Positions 9,240 through 20,083 of a DNA stretch of 64,000 bases are shown in pieces. The first letter of the stretch is position 1. The number at the start of each line of letters is the position of its first letter. A program made the position numbers and the translations under genes. Origin of the DNA: Promethearchaeota archaeon (GTDB lineage: Archaea > Asgardarchaeota > Lokiarchaeia > Sigyniarchaeales > SOKP01); contig RDOA01000004.1 of the NCBI GenBank assembly GCA_011364925.1, forward strand, positions 66,265-130,264. The letters are read 5' to 3'. The notes under the pieces are model-generated. The model had not been told where the DNA came from and made no database searches. It worked only from the letters and a program-made list of their open reading frames with translations.

Positions 9240-9767
9240 TTACTGTTTAAATTCTTTATAACACGGGATACACATAAGTTGACCTTGATAGTTCATCATG
9301 CGGCTCTCCATCGTAAGTTCACCACAAATACTACACGGTACTGATTCTTCGATTTGCGCCATTCCGGGAGGATCGTATTCTATTTCTCTTATATCAAAAG
9401 CACTTTCAGGTTCCATATTGAGAAGTTTTTGAATTTTCTCATCCCTTGAGAGTTTTTTATCATTTAGTAACGACTTTTTTAGTGACAACCGTATTCCTTT
9501 TTGATTTTTTCTACTATAGAAGTTATAATTATTTTTTCCATAATCTTTATGGATTAAATTACCTTTACCATAAGTTGTACCGAGTAAAGCTTGAAGCGCA
9601 TCAACGCTACAATTATCTGTTTCGACAACTGCTACTAGTTCTTCGTCTGGGGAGTGCTCATAACCATGTTCTAACGCATATTTGGCAGCTAAAGCACCAA
9701 TAGCTACACCTGGGCAAATATGTCCATGAAACATGGTAGCCTTTTTCATTAACTCTCTTATTTCCAA
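9240..9767 (-). CDS. fwdE: Formylmethanofuran dehydrogenase subunit E family protein
   Basis: FHGHICPG, ETDNCSVDALQ, TYGKGNL, C-terminal CSICGE...CIPC zinc finger. Confidence 0.9.
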   Translation of the reverse strand: MEIRELMKKATMFHGHICPGVAIGALAAKYALEHGYEHSPDEELVAVVETDNCSVDALQALLGTTYGKGNLIHKDYGKNNYNFYSRKNQKGIRLSLKKSLLNDKKLSRDEKIQKLLNMEPESAFDIREIEYDPPGMAQIEESVPCSICGELTMESRMMNYQGQLMCIPCYKEFKQ

Positions 9768-9851
9768 TTTAAATCAGCATTATGTTTTAGATTTAATAAA
9801 AATATCAAATATATTAATTTTTTTAATGACTTAAATATAATTATTATAGGT

Positions 9852-10343
9852 ATGAAATTTCTTACAGATGCAATGTTAGGGAAACTTACGCGATTCTTAA
9901 GAATTTTTGGTTATGATACGATATATGCAAGTGATCTAGTAGATTTTTATAATACAAACCCAGTTCCGGATGAAAAATTAAAGGAATATGCTATGCAAAG
10001 CAATAGAATAATATTAACTAAAGATTTACCCTTCTATAATAGAAGTAAAGAAAATACGATATTACTAGAAGGAAAAGGAGTATATAACTATTTATTCCAG
10101 CTTCAGCAAAAATTAAATTTAATCTATGAATTTAACGTTGAAAACGCAAGGTGTTCTGTTTGCAATGCATCGTTAAAGAAGGTTATTGACAAAGAAACAA
10201 TAAAAAAGTCAGTTAAACACGGTACTTTTAAAACTTATAATGAATTTTTTCAATGTATTAATCCCAATTGTCAACAAATATTCTGGAATGGACCACATAT
10301 AGCGGATATAATTAATAATTTAAAACGTAGGAAGGATTACTGA
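9852..10343 (+). CDS. Mut7-C (PIN-like) RNase domain protein
   Basis: FLTDAMLGKLTRFLRIFGYDT, RCSVCN, C...CQQIFWNGPH. Confidence 0.9.
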   Translation: MKFLTDAMLGKLTRFLRIFGYDTIYASDLVDFYNTNPVPDEKLKEYAMQSNRIILTKDLPFYNRSKENTILLEGKGVYNYLFQLQQKLNLIYEFNVENARCSVCNASLKKVIDKETIKKSVKHGTFKTYNEFFQCINPNCQQIFWNGPHIADIINNLKRRKDY

Positions 10344-10576
10344 TTATTGGTGTTTTTAAAAAATTTCATTTTAATTTCTTCAAATTTTGACTTTACCTTT
10401 TCCGCTTCATCTTTTGCTCCACCTTTTTCAAACATTCCATGTGCTTGAGACAGTAATTCGAGGCATTTCTTATATTCTTTATTCTTGAAATGGTTTTCTG
10501 AAAGTTCAACTAAGTAATGACCCTTTTTAACATAAAATTCAATAAACTGAGCGGAGGTATCAATTTTTCTACTCAT
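10337..10576 (-). CDS. Small helical (TPR-like) hypothetical protein
   Basis: 79 aa ORF with ATG start and amphipathic helices; fills the gap between genes. Confidence 0.65.
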   Translation of the reverse strand: MSRKIDTSAQFIEFYVKKGHYLVELSENHFKNKEYKKCLELLSQAHGMFEKGGAKDEAEKVKSKFEEIKMKFFKNTNNQ

Positions 10577-10638
10577 AATTAATATGATGATTTTTTTGTA
10601 TATTTATCTAATAAAGGTAGAGTAAATAAAAATTTGTA

Positions 10639-12063
10639 TTATTCTAATTTTCGATAGTCATCCATATTAACAACTTTTCCTTGCAATCGTGATTCATTGG
10701 CTGCAAAAGCCATGAGATGGCTTTCTAGACTATCATGAGCGTTCGTTAAAGGCTGAGATTCATTTTGAAGAAGCGTTCCTAAAAACGCATCAACTAAAGC
10801 AAAATCACCTCCACCATGCCCAGAATTGTTAATTGTTAATTTTTGGGAAAAAATTTTGTGTTTCTTTCCAGAAAAATGATCAAATAATGTAATCTCTTGT
10901 CCAGAATCAGAAAATTTTCCTACAAGAGTTGCTTTAGTACCATCAATTCTTAATGTTCTACCTTCACGTTCACTAAATCCGTGCATAATTAAACTAGCAG
11001 TTACATTATTCTCAAATTCTATATTAACAACTTGATGATCGACAACATTGTTGTCACATTTATAGACACATCGACCATAAGGACTTGTCTTGAGAATCCG
11101 CATTTTTGTTTCGTCAGAATAATCTTCACTAATCTCTTCAGGAATTCCAGAATATATTGGCTCTACAGGCCATTCTCTCCAATATCTCAATCGTTGTAAT
11201 ATCTTAACTAGCTTACTTAAGGCAGTTAACAATCTCACATGTTTTTTCCTTAAATTAGCCAAAATTTTAAATCCTAATTGATTGCTTTTTTCTAAAATCT
11301 GGATTATTGGGACGATATCAATATAAATTCTTGGGGCATAATACAAGCAAGTTTTTTCTATCGGACATCCTTCTACACAGAAGTTTGGAGAACCATTAGG
11401 TGCATTGGATGGTATAAAATGTTTTAAACCTCCGAAGGAACTTATCTTTCTTGATTTAGCTCCTATTATCCAAAAGAGTAAATCCAAATCATGACAACAT
11501 TTTTGAAGTATCATAGGAGATGATAACTCCACATTCCTCCAGTTTCCCCGAACAAAGCTGTGTGCTATATGATACCAACTTATATTTTCTCGATGTGAAA
11601 TATTTATGATATCCCCTAAATCTCCTTTTAGAATAGTGTCTTTGATTGTTGAAAAAAAGTTTGTATATCTTAAAACATGACTGATTCCTAATATCTTATT
11701 AGTCTCTTTAACTTTTTGGATTATTTTAATACACCCTTCAAGAGTGTGTGCCATAGGTTTTTCCAATAAAACATTATATCCTTTATCAAGAGCATCTAAA
11801 GTAGGTTCAACATGCATCTGATCTTGAGTGCAAATGAAAGCAACATCAGCAAGTTTATGTTCAGCTAGAATCTCTTCCCAACTATTAAATGTTCGGTTTT
11901 TAGGAATATTGTGAAGGTGTGCAAATTTCTCTTTTCTAAATTTAATAGGCTCTGCAACAGCAACAAATTTTAATTTCTCCGGATATTTGATGGCGTAGTT
12001 CCCATAGACATCCATCCCTCGATTTCCTGCCCCTATTAAAATTGCGGTTATTGCTTTACCCAT
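10639..12063 (-). CDS. Gfo/Idh/MocA family oxidoreductase
   Basis: IGAGNRG, LLEKPMA, CCHDLD, GHGGGD. Confidence 0.9.
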   Translation of the reverse strand: MGKAITAILIGAGNRGMDVYGNYAIKYPEKLKFVAVAEPIKFRKEKFAHLHNIPKNRTFNSWEEILAEHKLADVAFICTQDQMHVEPTLDALDKGYNVLLEKPMAHTLEGCIKIIQKVKETNKILGISHVLRYTNFFSTIKDTILKGDLGDIINISHRENISWYHIAHSFVRGNWRNVELSSPMILQKCCHDLDLLFWIIGAKSRKISSFGGLKHFIPSNAPNGSPNFCVEGCPIEKTCLYYAPRIYIDIVPIIQILEKSNQLGFKILANLRKKHVRLLTALSKLVKILQRLRYWREWPVEPIYSGIPEEISEDYSDETKMRILKTSPYGRCVYKCDNNVVDHQVVNIEFENNVTASLIMHGFSEREGRTLRIDGTKATLVGKFSDSGQEITLFDHFSGKKHKIFSQKLTINNSGHGGGDFALVDAFLGTLLQNESQPLTNAHDSLESHLMAFAANESRLQGKVVNMDDYRKLE

Positions 12064-12078
12064 TTTTAATCCAATCCT

Positions 12079-13188
12079 TCAACTTCCTAAAACACTTGGA
12101 ATTTTTCCCTCAATTAACAAGTAATCTAAAACAACTATAGCTGCAATAGATTCAACAATTACAATGGCTCGAGGAACAATACAAGGATCGTTTCGACCCT
12201 CTATTTTTATCTCTTCTTCTGCCATTGTCTCAATATTGACGGTTTTCTGGATTAATCCTATAGAAGGTGTTGGTTTTACTGCTACTGTGAAAACTATGGG
12301 CATCCCAGTTGATATTCCTCCTATAATTCCACCAGAATCGTTTTTAGAGGTTTTAATTTTACCATTTTTGATTATCCATGGATCATTATGCTCTGAACCT
12401 TTCATTCTTGAAGCACGAAATCCTGCTCCAAACTCAATTCCTTTTATTGCGGGAATAGAAAAAATCCCCTTGCTAATATTAGATTCAAGACCATTAAAAA
12501 TGGGTCCACCAATTCCAGGAGGAACATTATAAATAAAACACCTTATAGTACCCCCTATTGAATCATCCTTTTTCATTACCAAGTCAATCTCTTTTTCCAT
12601 TTGCTTTGAAGCATCTGGATCCAAATTTCTTACTGGAGATTTTTCTCTTAATTGAAAAAGTTGTTCGAAATTCTCTAATGCATAGTTTTTAGTGTCTTCA
12701 GCGTCTCCAATACTTCGGGTATAAGCTAATATTGAAATGTTGAATCTACTTAAAACTTGTTTAGCAATGGCTCCTGCCATTACAAATCCAGCAGTAATTC
12801 TTCCAGAAAACCGTCCAGAACCACGATAATCAGCGAAATCACCAAATTTTTGTTGCATGACATAATCAATATGGGATGGTCTCAATAGATTCTTATATTT
12901 CTCATAATTTGATGAATCTACATCCTGATTCTTAATAATTAGGCAAATAGGAGCACCCGTCGTTTTGTTATTAAAAATTCCCGATAATACTTCAACCTTA
13001 TCTTGTTCTTTACGGGTTGTAGTGAACTTAGACTGTCCCGGTTTTCGTTTATCTAATTCCTTTTGAATATAGTCTATATCAAATTTTAATCCCGCGGGGG
13101 TTCCATCAATAACAACTCCAATAACTTTGCCATGACTTTCCCCAAACGAAGTGATCTTAAATTTAGTACCAAATGTATTATCTCCCAT
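12079..13188 (-). CDS. aroC: Chorismate synthase
   Basis: NTFG, FGESHG, TTGAPI, RPSHID, GGISTG; start trimmed to MGDNTFG. Confidence 0.95.
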   Translation of the reverse strand: MGDNTFGTKFKITSFGESHGKVIGVVIDGTPAGLKFDIDYIQKELDKRKPGQSKFTTTRKEQDKVEVLSGIFNNKTTGAPICLIIKNQDVDSSNYEKYKNLLRPSHIDYVMQQKFGDFADYRGSGRFSGRITAGFVMAGAIAKQVLSRFNISILAYTRSIGDAEDTKNYALENFEQLFQLREKSPVRNLDPDASKQMEKEIDLVMKKDDSIGGTIRCFIYNVPPGIGGPIFNGLESNISKGIFSIPAIKGIEFGAGFRASRMKGSEHNDPWIIKNGKIKTSKNDSGGIIGGISTGMPIVFTVAVKPTPSIGLIQKTVNIETMAEEEIKIEGRNDPCIVPRAIVIVESIAAIVVLDYLLIEGKIPSVLGS

Positions 13189-13405
13189 TTTTTTATATTC
13201 CTCTCTTGAAATTTTAAGCTCTAATCGATCAATAGTTTTAATTACTATATTATGAGTGGTTTTCACTTATTATCTTTTATGAATCTCGAATTTGTCGGGA
13301 TATACCTCTAGGATTGTAATTGCATTGAAATAAAATAAAAATTAAATCGAAGTCTTCTATTATTATATTTTAAGGATTTAATTATTTATTATTGATACCA
13401 ACTCA

Positions 13406-14731
13406 ATGAAACTTAAAATTCTTCCAATAACTAGTCTTCAGGGGGAGATTATTGCTCCACCTTCCAAAAGTTATTCTCATCGTGCTTTTATAGCAGCTAG
13501 TCTTGCTAAAGGTGTGTCTATAATTAAAAATCCTTTAACTTCAGGAGATGTCGGGGTTACTATCGAAATCTTAAAATTATTAGGTCATAAAATTTCAAAA
13601 GTTTCAGAAAATTCTTATATGGTCAAGGGGAACTTCGAAGCAATAAAGAATGTTAAAAATATTCTCGATTGTAAAAATTCTGGAACATCAATTAGGATCT
13701 TTTGTGCTTTAGCAATTTTGATTGATGGTGGACTAAATTTCTCGGGAGAATTTTTAAAAAGGGAACGTCCAATTATTCCACTACTCATAGCATTGGAAAA
13801 TCTGGGTGGTACCTATGAATTATCCAAAGATAAGTTATCCGTTAAACGCAAAGGAAAAAATTGTGATACAATTGAACTTCCAGGAAACATTAGTTCACAA
13901 TTTTTAACAGCATTACTAATGACATGCCCCTTATTAACATGTAAAAAAACCCATTCCCTCGCGATAAATATAACATCTCCTATAATCTCGTATCCTTACA
14001 TTAAAATAACTTTAGATGTGTTAAAATCATTCGGAATTAACATTCAAGAATTCATTAACGATAAAAAAGTTGGCAAATATATTATCTCGTGCGAACAGAA
14101 TTACAGAGCTCAAACATACGAAATACCTGGTGATTTTTCCTCTGCTTCTTTTATTATTGCTGCTGCTGTATTGACTCAAGAGGATTCGAATATTACTATC
14201 TCCAACCTTAATTTTGAGAAACCTCAAGGAGACGTAAAGCTTATTGAAATACTACAAAAGATGGGAGCGAAAATTGAGATTTTTAAAGAAAACAACAAGG
14301 TTACTGTATTTGGAAACTTAAACAAGCATCCTTTAAAGGGTATTCCCATTGACATAGAAGACACACCAGACCTATTCCCAATTTTATCTATTATTGGATC
14401 ATTTGCTAACGGTGAAACAGAACTATATAACGCCTCCAGCATTCGGGGGAAGGAAAGCGATAGATTATCTCTTGTTGCTCAAGGGTTGAAAAGTATGGGT
14501 GTTAAAGTAAAAGAAGAAGAAGATAGGCTTACAGTATACCACTGTGCTCAGTTGAAAGGAATTGAGATAATTCATGAAGATGATCATAGAATTGCTATGG
14601 CATTTTCAATAGCAGCATTATTTGCTAATAGCCCATCATATATCTCCAACATTGAAGTTGTTAAGGATTCTTATCCAAATTTTATAGAAGATATACAAAC
14701 TTTAGGCGCAATAGTTGAAAAATTAGATTAA
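13406..14731 (+). CDS. aroA: EPSP synthase
   Basis: PPSKSYSHR, NSGT, SSQF, KESDR, DHRIAM. Confidence 0.97.
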   Translation: MKLKILPITSLQGEIIAPPSKSYSHRAFIAASLAKGVSIIKNPLTSGDVGVTIEILKLLGHKISKVSENSYMVKGNFEAIKNVKNILDCKNSGTSIRIFCALAILIDGGLNFSGEFLKRERPIIPLLIALENLGGTYELSKDKLSVKRKGKNCDTIELPGNISSQFLTALLMTCPLLTCKKTHSLAINITSPIISYPYIKITLDVLKSFGINIQEFINDKKVGKYIISCEQNYRAQTYEIPGDFSSASFIIAAAVLTQEDSNITISNLNFEKPQGDVKLIEILQKMGAKIEIFKENNKVTVFGNLNKHPLKGIPIDIEDTPDLFPILSIIGSFANGETELYNASSIRGKESDRLSLVAQGLKSMGVKVKEEEDRLTVYHCAQLKGIEIIHEDDHRIAMAFSIAALFANSPSYISNIEVVKDSYPNFIEDIQTLGAIVEKLD

Positions 14732-14748
14732 CATATAATTTGATAAAC

Positions 14749-15165
14749 TTAACGGAATGATTTCTGTCTTCTTGCTCGAGCTTTTTTTCCACCAAAATGT
14801 TTAGGTTCCGTACGTCTCGAATCCCCTGAGAGCAATGATTCATCATATTCCCTAAAGGATTTCTCTATAGCTTTTGTTCCGATAAACTTATTAAGAGATT
14901 TAGCAATTGCAATCCGTACAGCGTCAGTTTGGCCCATTATTCCACCACCCTTCACATGAATATTTATGTCACACTTCTCAATTTTAGGGTGATCGATTAC
15001 CTCTAATACTTCTTGGATTCGCATTCTTTCAATATCTGGTTCGTACTTTTCTAACGGAACATTATTGATTTTGATTTGTCCTTTAGCTGGATATTTCAAA
15101 ACAGCTCGAGCAATTGCTGTTTTTCTTTTCCCTGCAGATTGAATTATTTTTACTTTTTCTGACAA
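14749..15165 (-). CDS. rps9: 30S ribosomal protein uS9
   Basis: GKRKTAIARA, GGGIMGQ, RRQKSFR. Confidence 0.97.
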   Translation of the reverse strand: MSEKVKIIQSAGKRKTAIARAVLKYPAKGQIKINNVPLEKYEPDIERMRIQEVLEVIDHPKIEKCDINIHVKGGGIMGQTDAVRIAIAKSLNKFIGTKAIEKSFREYDESLLSGDSRRTEPKHFGGKKARARRQKSFR

Positions 15166-15170
15166 TAGTA

Positions 15171-15641
15171 TTAAGCCTCAACTTCTAATTTATTCCAACC
15201 AATTCTCGAACAAAGATTTTCTAGTGTAATAAACTTATTATAATAAGAGAGTCGTTTCTTATCTGAGTACAGTATCTCTGTAGGAGTTAACGTTTGATAT
15301 TGCTTTTGAAAACGCTCTGGAATTGCTCCAATGTAAACATGAACGCGTTTTAAAGCTTCTTTGCCTCTTATCTTCTTTGTTGGGAGCATTTTTTTAATAA
15401 TGTTTCTCATAAAAGTATCAGGTCTTCTAGGCCAGAAAGGTCCTCGTCTTGGATTTGTTGCTGTACTAATGTTTAATTTGTTTAGATATTTCTCGTGAAT
15501 ATCACGCTTAGAACCACTAATAATAGCGTCCTTAGCATTAATTATTACTATTTTTTGACCTAATAATGCTCTTTTCGCGACTTGACTACAGAATCTTCCT
15601 AATATTTTATCCTTTGCGTCCAATAAAAGGTATTCTTGCAT
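15171..15641 (-). CDS. rpl13: 50S ribosomal protein uL13
   Basis: ILGRFCSQVAK, NPRRGPFWPRRPD. Confidence 0.96.
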   Translation of the reverse strand: MQEYLLLDAKDKILGRFCSQVAKRALLGQKIVIINAKDAIISGSKRDIHEKYLNKLNISTATNPRRGPFWPRRPDTFMRNIIKKMLPTKKIRGKEALKRVHVYIGAIPERFQKQYQTLTPTEILYSDKKRLSYYNKFITLENLCSRIGWNKLEVEA

Positions 15642-15661
15642 TTAATCTCCTCTCATTCTTG

Positions 15662-16018
15662 TTAATAAAAAACTTTTACATTTTTCCCTTCGGGATTTTG
15701 CTCAAATAGTTCCTCAATTGACATTAACTTGCTTCCTGAAGATTCTATTTTTTTCTGAGCCGCTTTCGAACAATCTAAACAAGCAATAGTTAATTTGTGA
15801 TCGATTAGACCATCACCTAAAACCTTACCGGGGACAACTATTACATCGTTTTGTTTGGTTCGTTTGTTAATTCTATACAGGTTCGCTTCCACTCTATCCC
15901 TCCTAGCACCAGAAAGCTTTTTTGAAACCTTTCTCCATATTCTTCTTTTGGTCTTCCACAATTCCCGAATCAATTTCCGATTGTAATAATTACTTGGTCC
16001 CGTAATTCGATGGCTCAT
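15662..16018 (-). CDS. rpl18e: 50S ribosomal protein eL18
   Basis: IWRKVS, VVPGKVLGDG, position before uL13. Confidence 0.95.
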   Translation of the reverse strand: MSHRITGPSNYYNRKLIRELWKTKRRIWRKVSKKLSGARRDRVEANLYRINKRTKQNDVIVVPGKVLGDGLIDHKLTIACLDCSKAAQKKIESSGSKLMSIEELFEQNPEGKNVKVFY

Positions 16019-16183
16019 TTTGTGTTCAACGGTTTAAATACTAGAAAATTAAACTTTAGAATTGCCCAAAACTTAAATATTTTTTCGATTTGTTTTGGAT
16101 TCATATTCTCTAATCTTTTGAGAGAATCTTGAGAGAATTTGCTATTTTTAAGAATTTGCCTATCTTCACGGGACAATAAGCTT

Positions 16184-17479
16184 TTAACCTAATATTGTAG
16201 TGTAAAGCATCGTATACCCTAATATGATAATAAAATGAAAAGTAGCAAATATAGAACCATTTTTTAGCAAGCGGTTGTAGTTTAAATTTGATACATTGTA
16301 TTTTTTTGCTAAAGTTAGGGTGAGAAGATCACACGCAGAACCTTGTGGTAAAAAATTTCCTGCCATATTAACTCCACTTATGAAAGCAATGATTATTGGG
16401 TTAGGGAAAAAACCTTTTCCTATAAATGCTGAAAAAATTGGGAGAAGAATAATGGTAACAGGGGTTCCTGCAAGGAATGCAGATAAAAGTGAAGAAATTC
16501 CTAATGTTATTAAGACAGCTAAATAGATATTATCATTTAATAAATTAAACAAACTTGATGAAATTAATTCTGAAAACCCAAAAAATGATAATGAGTTCGA
16601 AAGAATAAATAAAATTGCGAATAAGATAATGATTTTCCATACGATTTCATTCTTTAAATCTGAAAAACTAGTGTCCCTATAATGGATTAAAAGTAAAACA
16701 GCCGCAGACATGATCGCAACAACAGCAGGTTTTAAACCTATTATCATTAATATGAAGGTTGTAAGTAAGACAATAACTGTCATTGTAAAGTAGTATTTAC
16801 TTCTAATTACGATTTTAGGGTCAAGCATAGATAGTAATATCTTCTTGTTTCCTTCAGTTGGTTTTTCCTCTTTTTTAAGAATAAACCGATCCATTAAAAA
16901 AATGGTAGATATTAGAGTAATTAAAAATAAAATGCCCATATTAGCAAAATACTCTCCAAAACCCCATCCAAATTCTTTTCCAATTATTAAATTCTTTAAA
17001 CTTGATATCGGAGTAAGAATTGCACCGATATTTATGGTAATAGTCATTCCCATCATATAAGTACCAGCAGGAATCTTCAACGCTTTGCAAGCTCTGTAGA
17101 TCAAAGGAACCAATATCAACGAGAGGGTCAAATCCTCGATGAAAGCAACAATAATTGCTGTAAACACGCAAATAAGATAAAAAAGTAATCGGTTATTACC
17201 TTTCGTAATATGGATTAATTTGATGGCAATATATTCTAGTACCTTATTATTAGTTGCAAAATATACGACAATTTGCATAGCAAAAATGAAAATTAAAGTG
17301 TCAAAGTTGATGAAGTCGAGAATGTCTATCTGACTAACATTCCAAATAGTAGTCATTGAAATTACTGCTATTGTTCCTATGATTAAGGCAATGGGTAAGT
17401 AATCAAATTTATTTTGAGAGAAGAACGCCATTAAAATTGCAAATAAAACTAAAATTAAAATGATAGCTTGAAGGTTCAT
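16184..17479 (-). CDS. ArsB/NhaD/citrate (ion transporter superfamily) permease
   Basis: ~12 hydrophobic segments, NIGAILTPISSLKNLII, NMAGNFLPQGS. Confidence 0.85.
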   Translation of the reverse strand: MNLQAIILILVLFAILMAFFSQNKFDYLPIALIIGTIAVISMTTIWNVSQIDILDFINFDTLIFIFAMQIVVYFATNNKVLEYIAIKLIHITKGNNRLLFYLICVFTAIIVAFIEDLTLSLILVPLIYRACKALKIPAGTYMMGMTITINIGAILTPISSLKNLIIGKEFGWGFGEYFANMGILFLITLISTIFLMDRFILKKEEKPTEGNKKILLSMLDPKIVIRSKYYFTMTVIVLLTTFILMIIGLKPAVVAIMSAAVLLLIHYRDTSFSDLKNEIVWKIIILFAILFILSNSLSFFGFSELISSSLFNLLNDNIYLAVLITLGISSLLSAFLAGTPVTIILLPIFSAFIGKGFFPNPIIIAFISGVNMAGNFLPQGSACDLLTLTLAKKYNVSNLNYNRLLKNGSIFATFHFIIILGYTMLYTTILG

Positions 17480-17608
17480 TCAATTAAGAGAAATGGTTAT
17501 TATTTTAAAAAATATCATATTACATTGAAAATTGAATTCTCCTTTAAAGTTTGATGTTTAAAAATAAGTTTTTTTTAGATAGCCTTTAATCAATTTAAAT
17601 GTAAAAGA

Positions 17609-18460
17609 TTAAGATTCTATCTCAAGATCTTCCAAGTTTGTAATAAATTCATCAATTTTCTCGTTAAAGATTTTGAAAAGTTGACCAAGTAAGGCTTTAA
17701 ATTCTAAAACTCCATCGCTTTCTATTGAAAAAATGTATACATCTTCTTTGGGACTAACTGTTATTTTTCCCTCGGAATTATTTTTACAAGACATACATAA
17801 AGTGCAATATCTCCAGTAATCATCTTTAAGTTTAAGAGTATTATTATTGGACATTGTAAATAATTTCTCAGGGCACATTTTGACTATTAAACTGTTCAAT
17901 TCTGGATTTTTTAACGAAGATTCATCAAATTCAACAAGAGGATAATGTCTATAGGCCACATTTGAAACCGCTTGCCACTTTGCATGCTCTTTCGCTAATC
18001 CTAAGATCGCATAAGCTTCGATAATTACTTTATCATTTTTATCAATCTTGACAATCGGGATATTAGGATCAACAGGATTGATCTTTGGATCATTTGATTT
18101 TAGATCGCGTGAATAAATCATTAAGGGTGCATTAGTAGCGTTAGATACTTCGCAGGTTAGAGATACTTGACATAACGGACAACCAAATCCCCCACATTCA
18201 CATTCTTGCGGTAGTTTATACACATCTAAATCTGTTTTAAGAGGAATTAAACCTAATCTGTGAGAAATTATTTCATCATATAAGGGTGAATCGTTTTTCA
18301 AAATTATAACTTCATCAATCGCCATTACCGGTACTTCTGTAAGCATGATTCGTCTTAGTGCGTTAATCATTTCAAGAGAAATACCCTCAATTACTAATAC
18401 TAATTTATGTTCCGTTTGTTCAAGTACTTCGAGTTTTTGAGGGATCACAGTCCTTAACAC
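17609..18460 (-). CDS. rpoD: DNA-directed RNA polymerase subunit D (Rpo3)
   Basis: NALRRIMLTEVP, DEIISHRLGLIPL, HAKWQ; Zn site CECGGFGCPLC; Fe-S motif CP...CTLCMSC. Confidence 0.96.
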   Translation of the reverse strand: MLRTVIPQKLEVLEQTEHKLVLVIEGISLEMINALRRIMLTEVPVMAIDEVIILKNDSPLYDEIISHRLGLIPLKTDLDVYKLPQECECGGFGCPLCQVSLTCEVSNATNAPLMIYSRDLKSNDPKINPVDPNIPIVKIDKNDKVIIEAYAILGLAKEHAKWQAVSNVAYRHYPLVEFDESSLKNPELNSLIVKMCPEKLFTMSNNNTLKLKDDYWRYCTLCMSCKNNSEGKITVSPKEDVYIFSIESDGVLEFKALLGQLFKIFNEKIDEFITNLEDLEIES

Positions 18461-18554
18461 CTTTTAAAAATATAGATATTGCAGTATTTACATGTAGAAA
18501 TATGTAATTTAAGATAAATTTTACTATTAAAATTAAAAAATATGTGAAAAATGT

Positions 18555-19883
18555 TTAGTAAAATTTAATATACTCATAAGCCTTGTTTGGAGACTGAAAA
18601 CAATAATGAATTTCTTGATATTCCTTTTTAAATTCAGTCACTTCATGTTTAACCTTCTTTGGATCCCTTTTATTGATTAACAAATCAGCGAAAAACCCTG
18701 CTATATCCACCATTTCACTTTTTCCCATCCCAAGACGGGTTATTTCAGAAGTTCCCAACCTTAACCCTCCTGGGTTTTTATAGTGCCTTCCTTGAGCAAT
18801 ATCCCAAGGTAAGAGGTTTCTATTAATTATAATATTTGCTTCTTCTAATAACCTCTCAATATCTCCACCTAAGCCAATAGTTTTTTCGAAATTTGTAATA
18901 TCTACAACAATTTGGTGAGATTCAGTAAAACCTTTATGTTCCATAAGTACATTTATACCTCTTTCGTGTAAAGCCTGACCTAACGCTTTAGCGTTGTTAA
19001 TTACATCTTTATGATATTCTTTACCGAACTCAAGCATTTCTGCTAATGCAATAGTCAAACCTGCTACATTATGCAAATGATGGTTGGACAATAGCGCTGG
19101 AAACATACAAGGTTTTAAAAGTTCTATGAGATCTTCTCTATCTGATACGAGTGCTCCGTGTTGTGGACCCGGAAGTGTTTTATGAGTACTCATTGTCATT
19201 GCGTCTGCTCCTTCTCTAAGTGGATCTTGAAAGTACCCAGATCCTATTAATCCTGCAACATGAGCTGCATCATAACCGACATTAGCTCCTATTTCTTTTG
19301 CTACTTCGCTTAACTCTCTAATAGGATGAGGAAAAAGAAAAACAGAACCACCAAAAAGGACCATTTCTGGTTCAAAATCTCTCATTATTTTTGCTGTTGC
19401 GTCAGGATCTATATTCATTTCATCGTTATCAAATGCCATATACTCTATATTCAATCCCCTTACGGTACCAGCAGTACCGTATATAGCCATTCCGCTCTTC
19501 GTAAATTTTGGAGCATGAGAAATGTGCCCACCTTTTGGAATTGGCATTATTAACATTTTACCATTGTTTTCTGAAGTAAAAGCGTTATACATTGCTAAAT
19601 TTGCTACGACTCCAGAAACAGGCCTTACATCAGCATGCACGCATTTGAAATACTCTTTTGCAAGTTCCATACAGATTTCTTCAATAATATCGATATACTT
19701 GCAACCTGCATAAACGCGCTCTCCAACCCAACCCTCCGCGTATCTATGAGAGAAGTCGCAATTACACGCTTCATCAACTGCAGGGCTTGTAATATTTTCT
19801 GAAGCGATCAATGGGATTGAGTTGCTGAATAATTCATTATGTTCAATTAAGATATTTCTGATTTCTTCTAATTTCTTATTCAA
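18555..19883 (-). CDS. glyA: Serine hydroxymethyltransferase (archaeal type)
   Basis: LIASEN, RYAEG, GGHISH, STHKTLPGPQ, LRLGTSE. Confidence 0.97.
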   Translation of the reverse strand: MNKKLEEIRNILIEHNELFSNSIPLIASENITSPAVDEACNCDFSHRYAEGWVGERVYAGCKYIDIIEEICMELAKEYFKCVHADVRPVSGVVANLAMYNAFTSENNGKMLIMPIPKGGHISHAPKFTKSGMAIYGTAGTVRGLNIEYMAFDNDEMNIDPDATAKIMRDFEPEMVLFGGSVFLFPHPIRELSEVAKEIGANVGYDAAHVAGLIGSGYFQDPLREGADAMTMSTHKTLPGPQHGALVSDREDLIELLKPCMFPALLSNHHLHNVAGLTIALAEMLEFGKEYHKDVINNAKALGQALHERGINVLMEHKGFTESHQIVVDITNFEKTIGLGGDIERLLEEANIIINRNLLPWDIAQGRHYKNPGGLRLGTSEITRLGMGKSEMVDIAGFFADLLINKRDPKKVKHEVTEFKKEYQEIHYCFQSPNKAYEYIKFY

Positions 19884-20083
19884 TTTGAACCAAATCCAAT
19901 TCTATTTTTAATTCTAAATTTAAAAATAATAAAATTCCAATCATTTTAAACCTTTTGACACGTTTGAAAGTCTTTAGAGCGAAATCCACTCAAATTCTAA
20001 GAATTATAGATTAATATTTGTATGTTAGAGTTGTTTAAACATATCAAAAATACTCAGTGAACCGTGTTCATTCTTGCAAAATC

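Noticed and set aside
9852-10576. Toxin-antitoxin pair (Mut7-C PIN plus small protein)
   Set aside because: The genes are convergent rather than co-transcribed, and Mut7-C proteins are commonly stand-alone in archaea.
13189-13405. Aromatic-rich leader peptide between aroC and aroA (FLFYFN... on the minus strand)
   Set aside because: It has no start codon, and the F/Y codons are explained by AT-richness. The tracked 26-aa N-terminal extension of aroC is also likely spurious.
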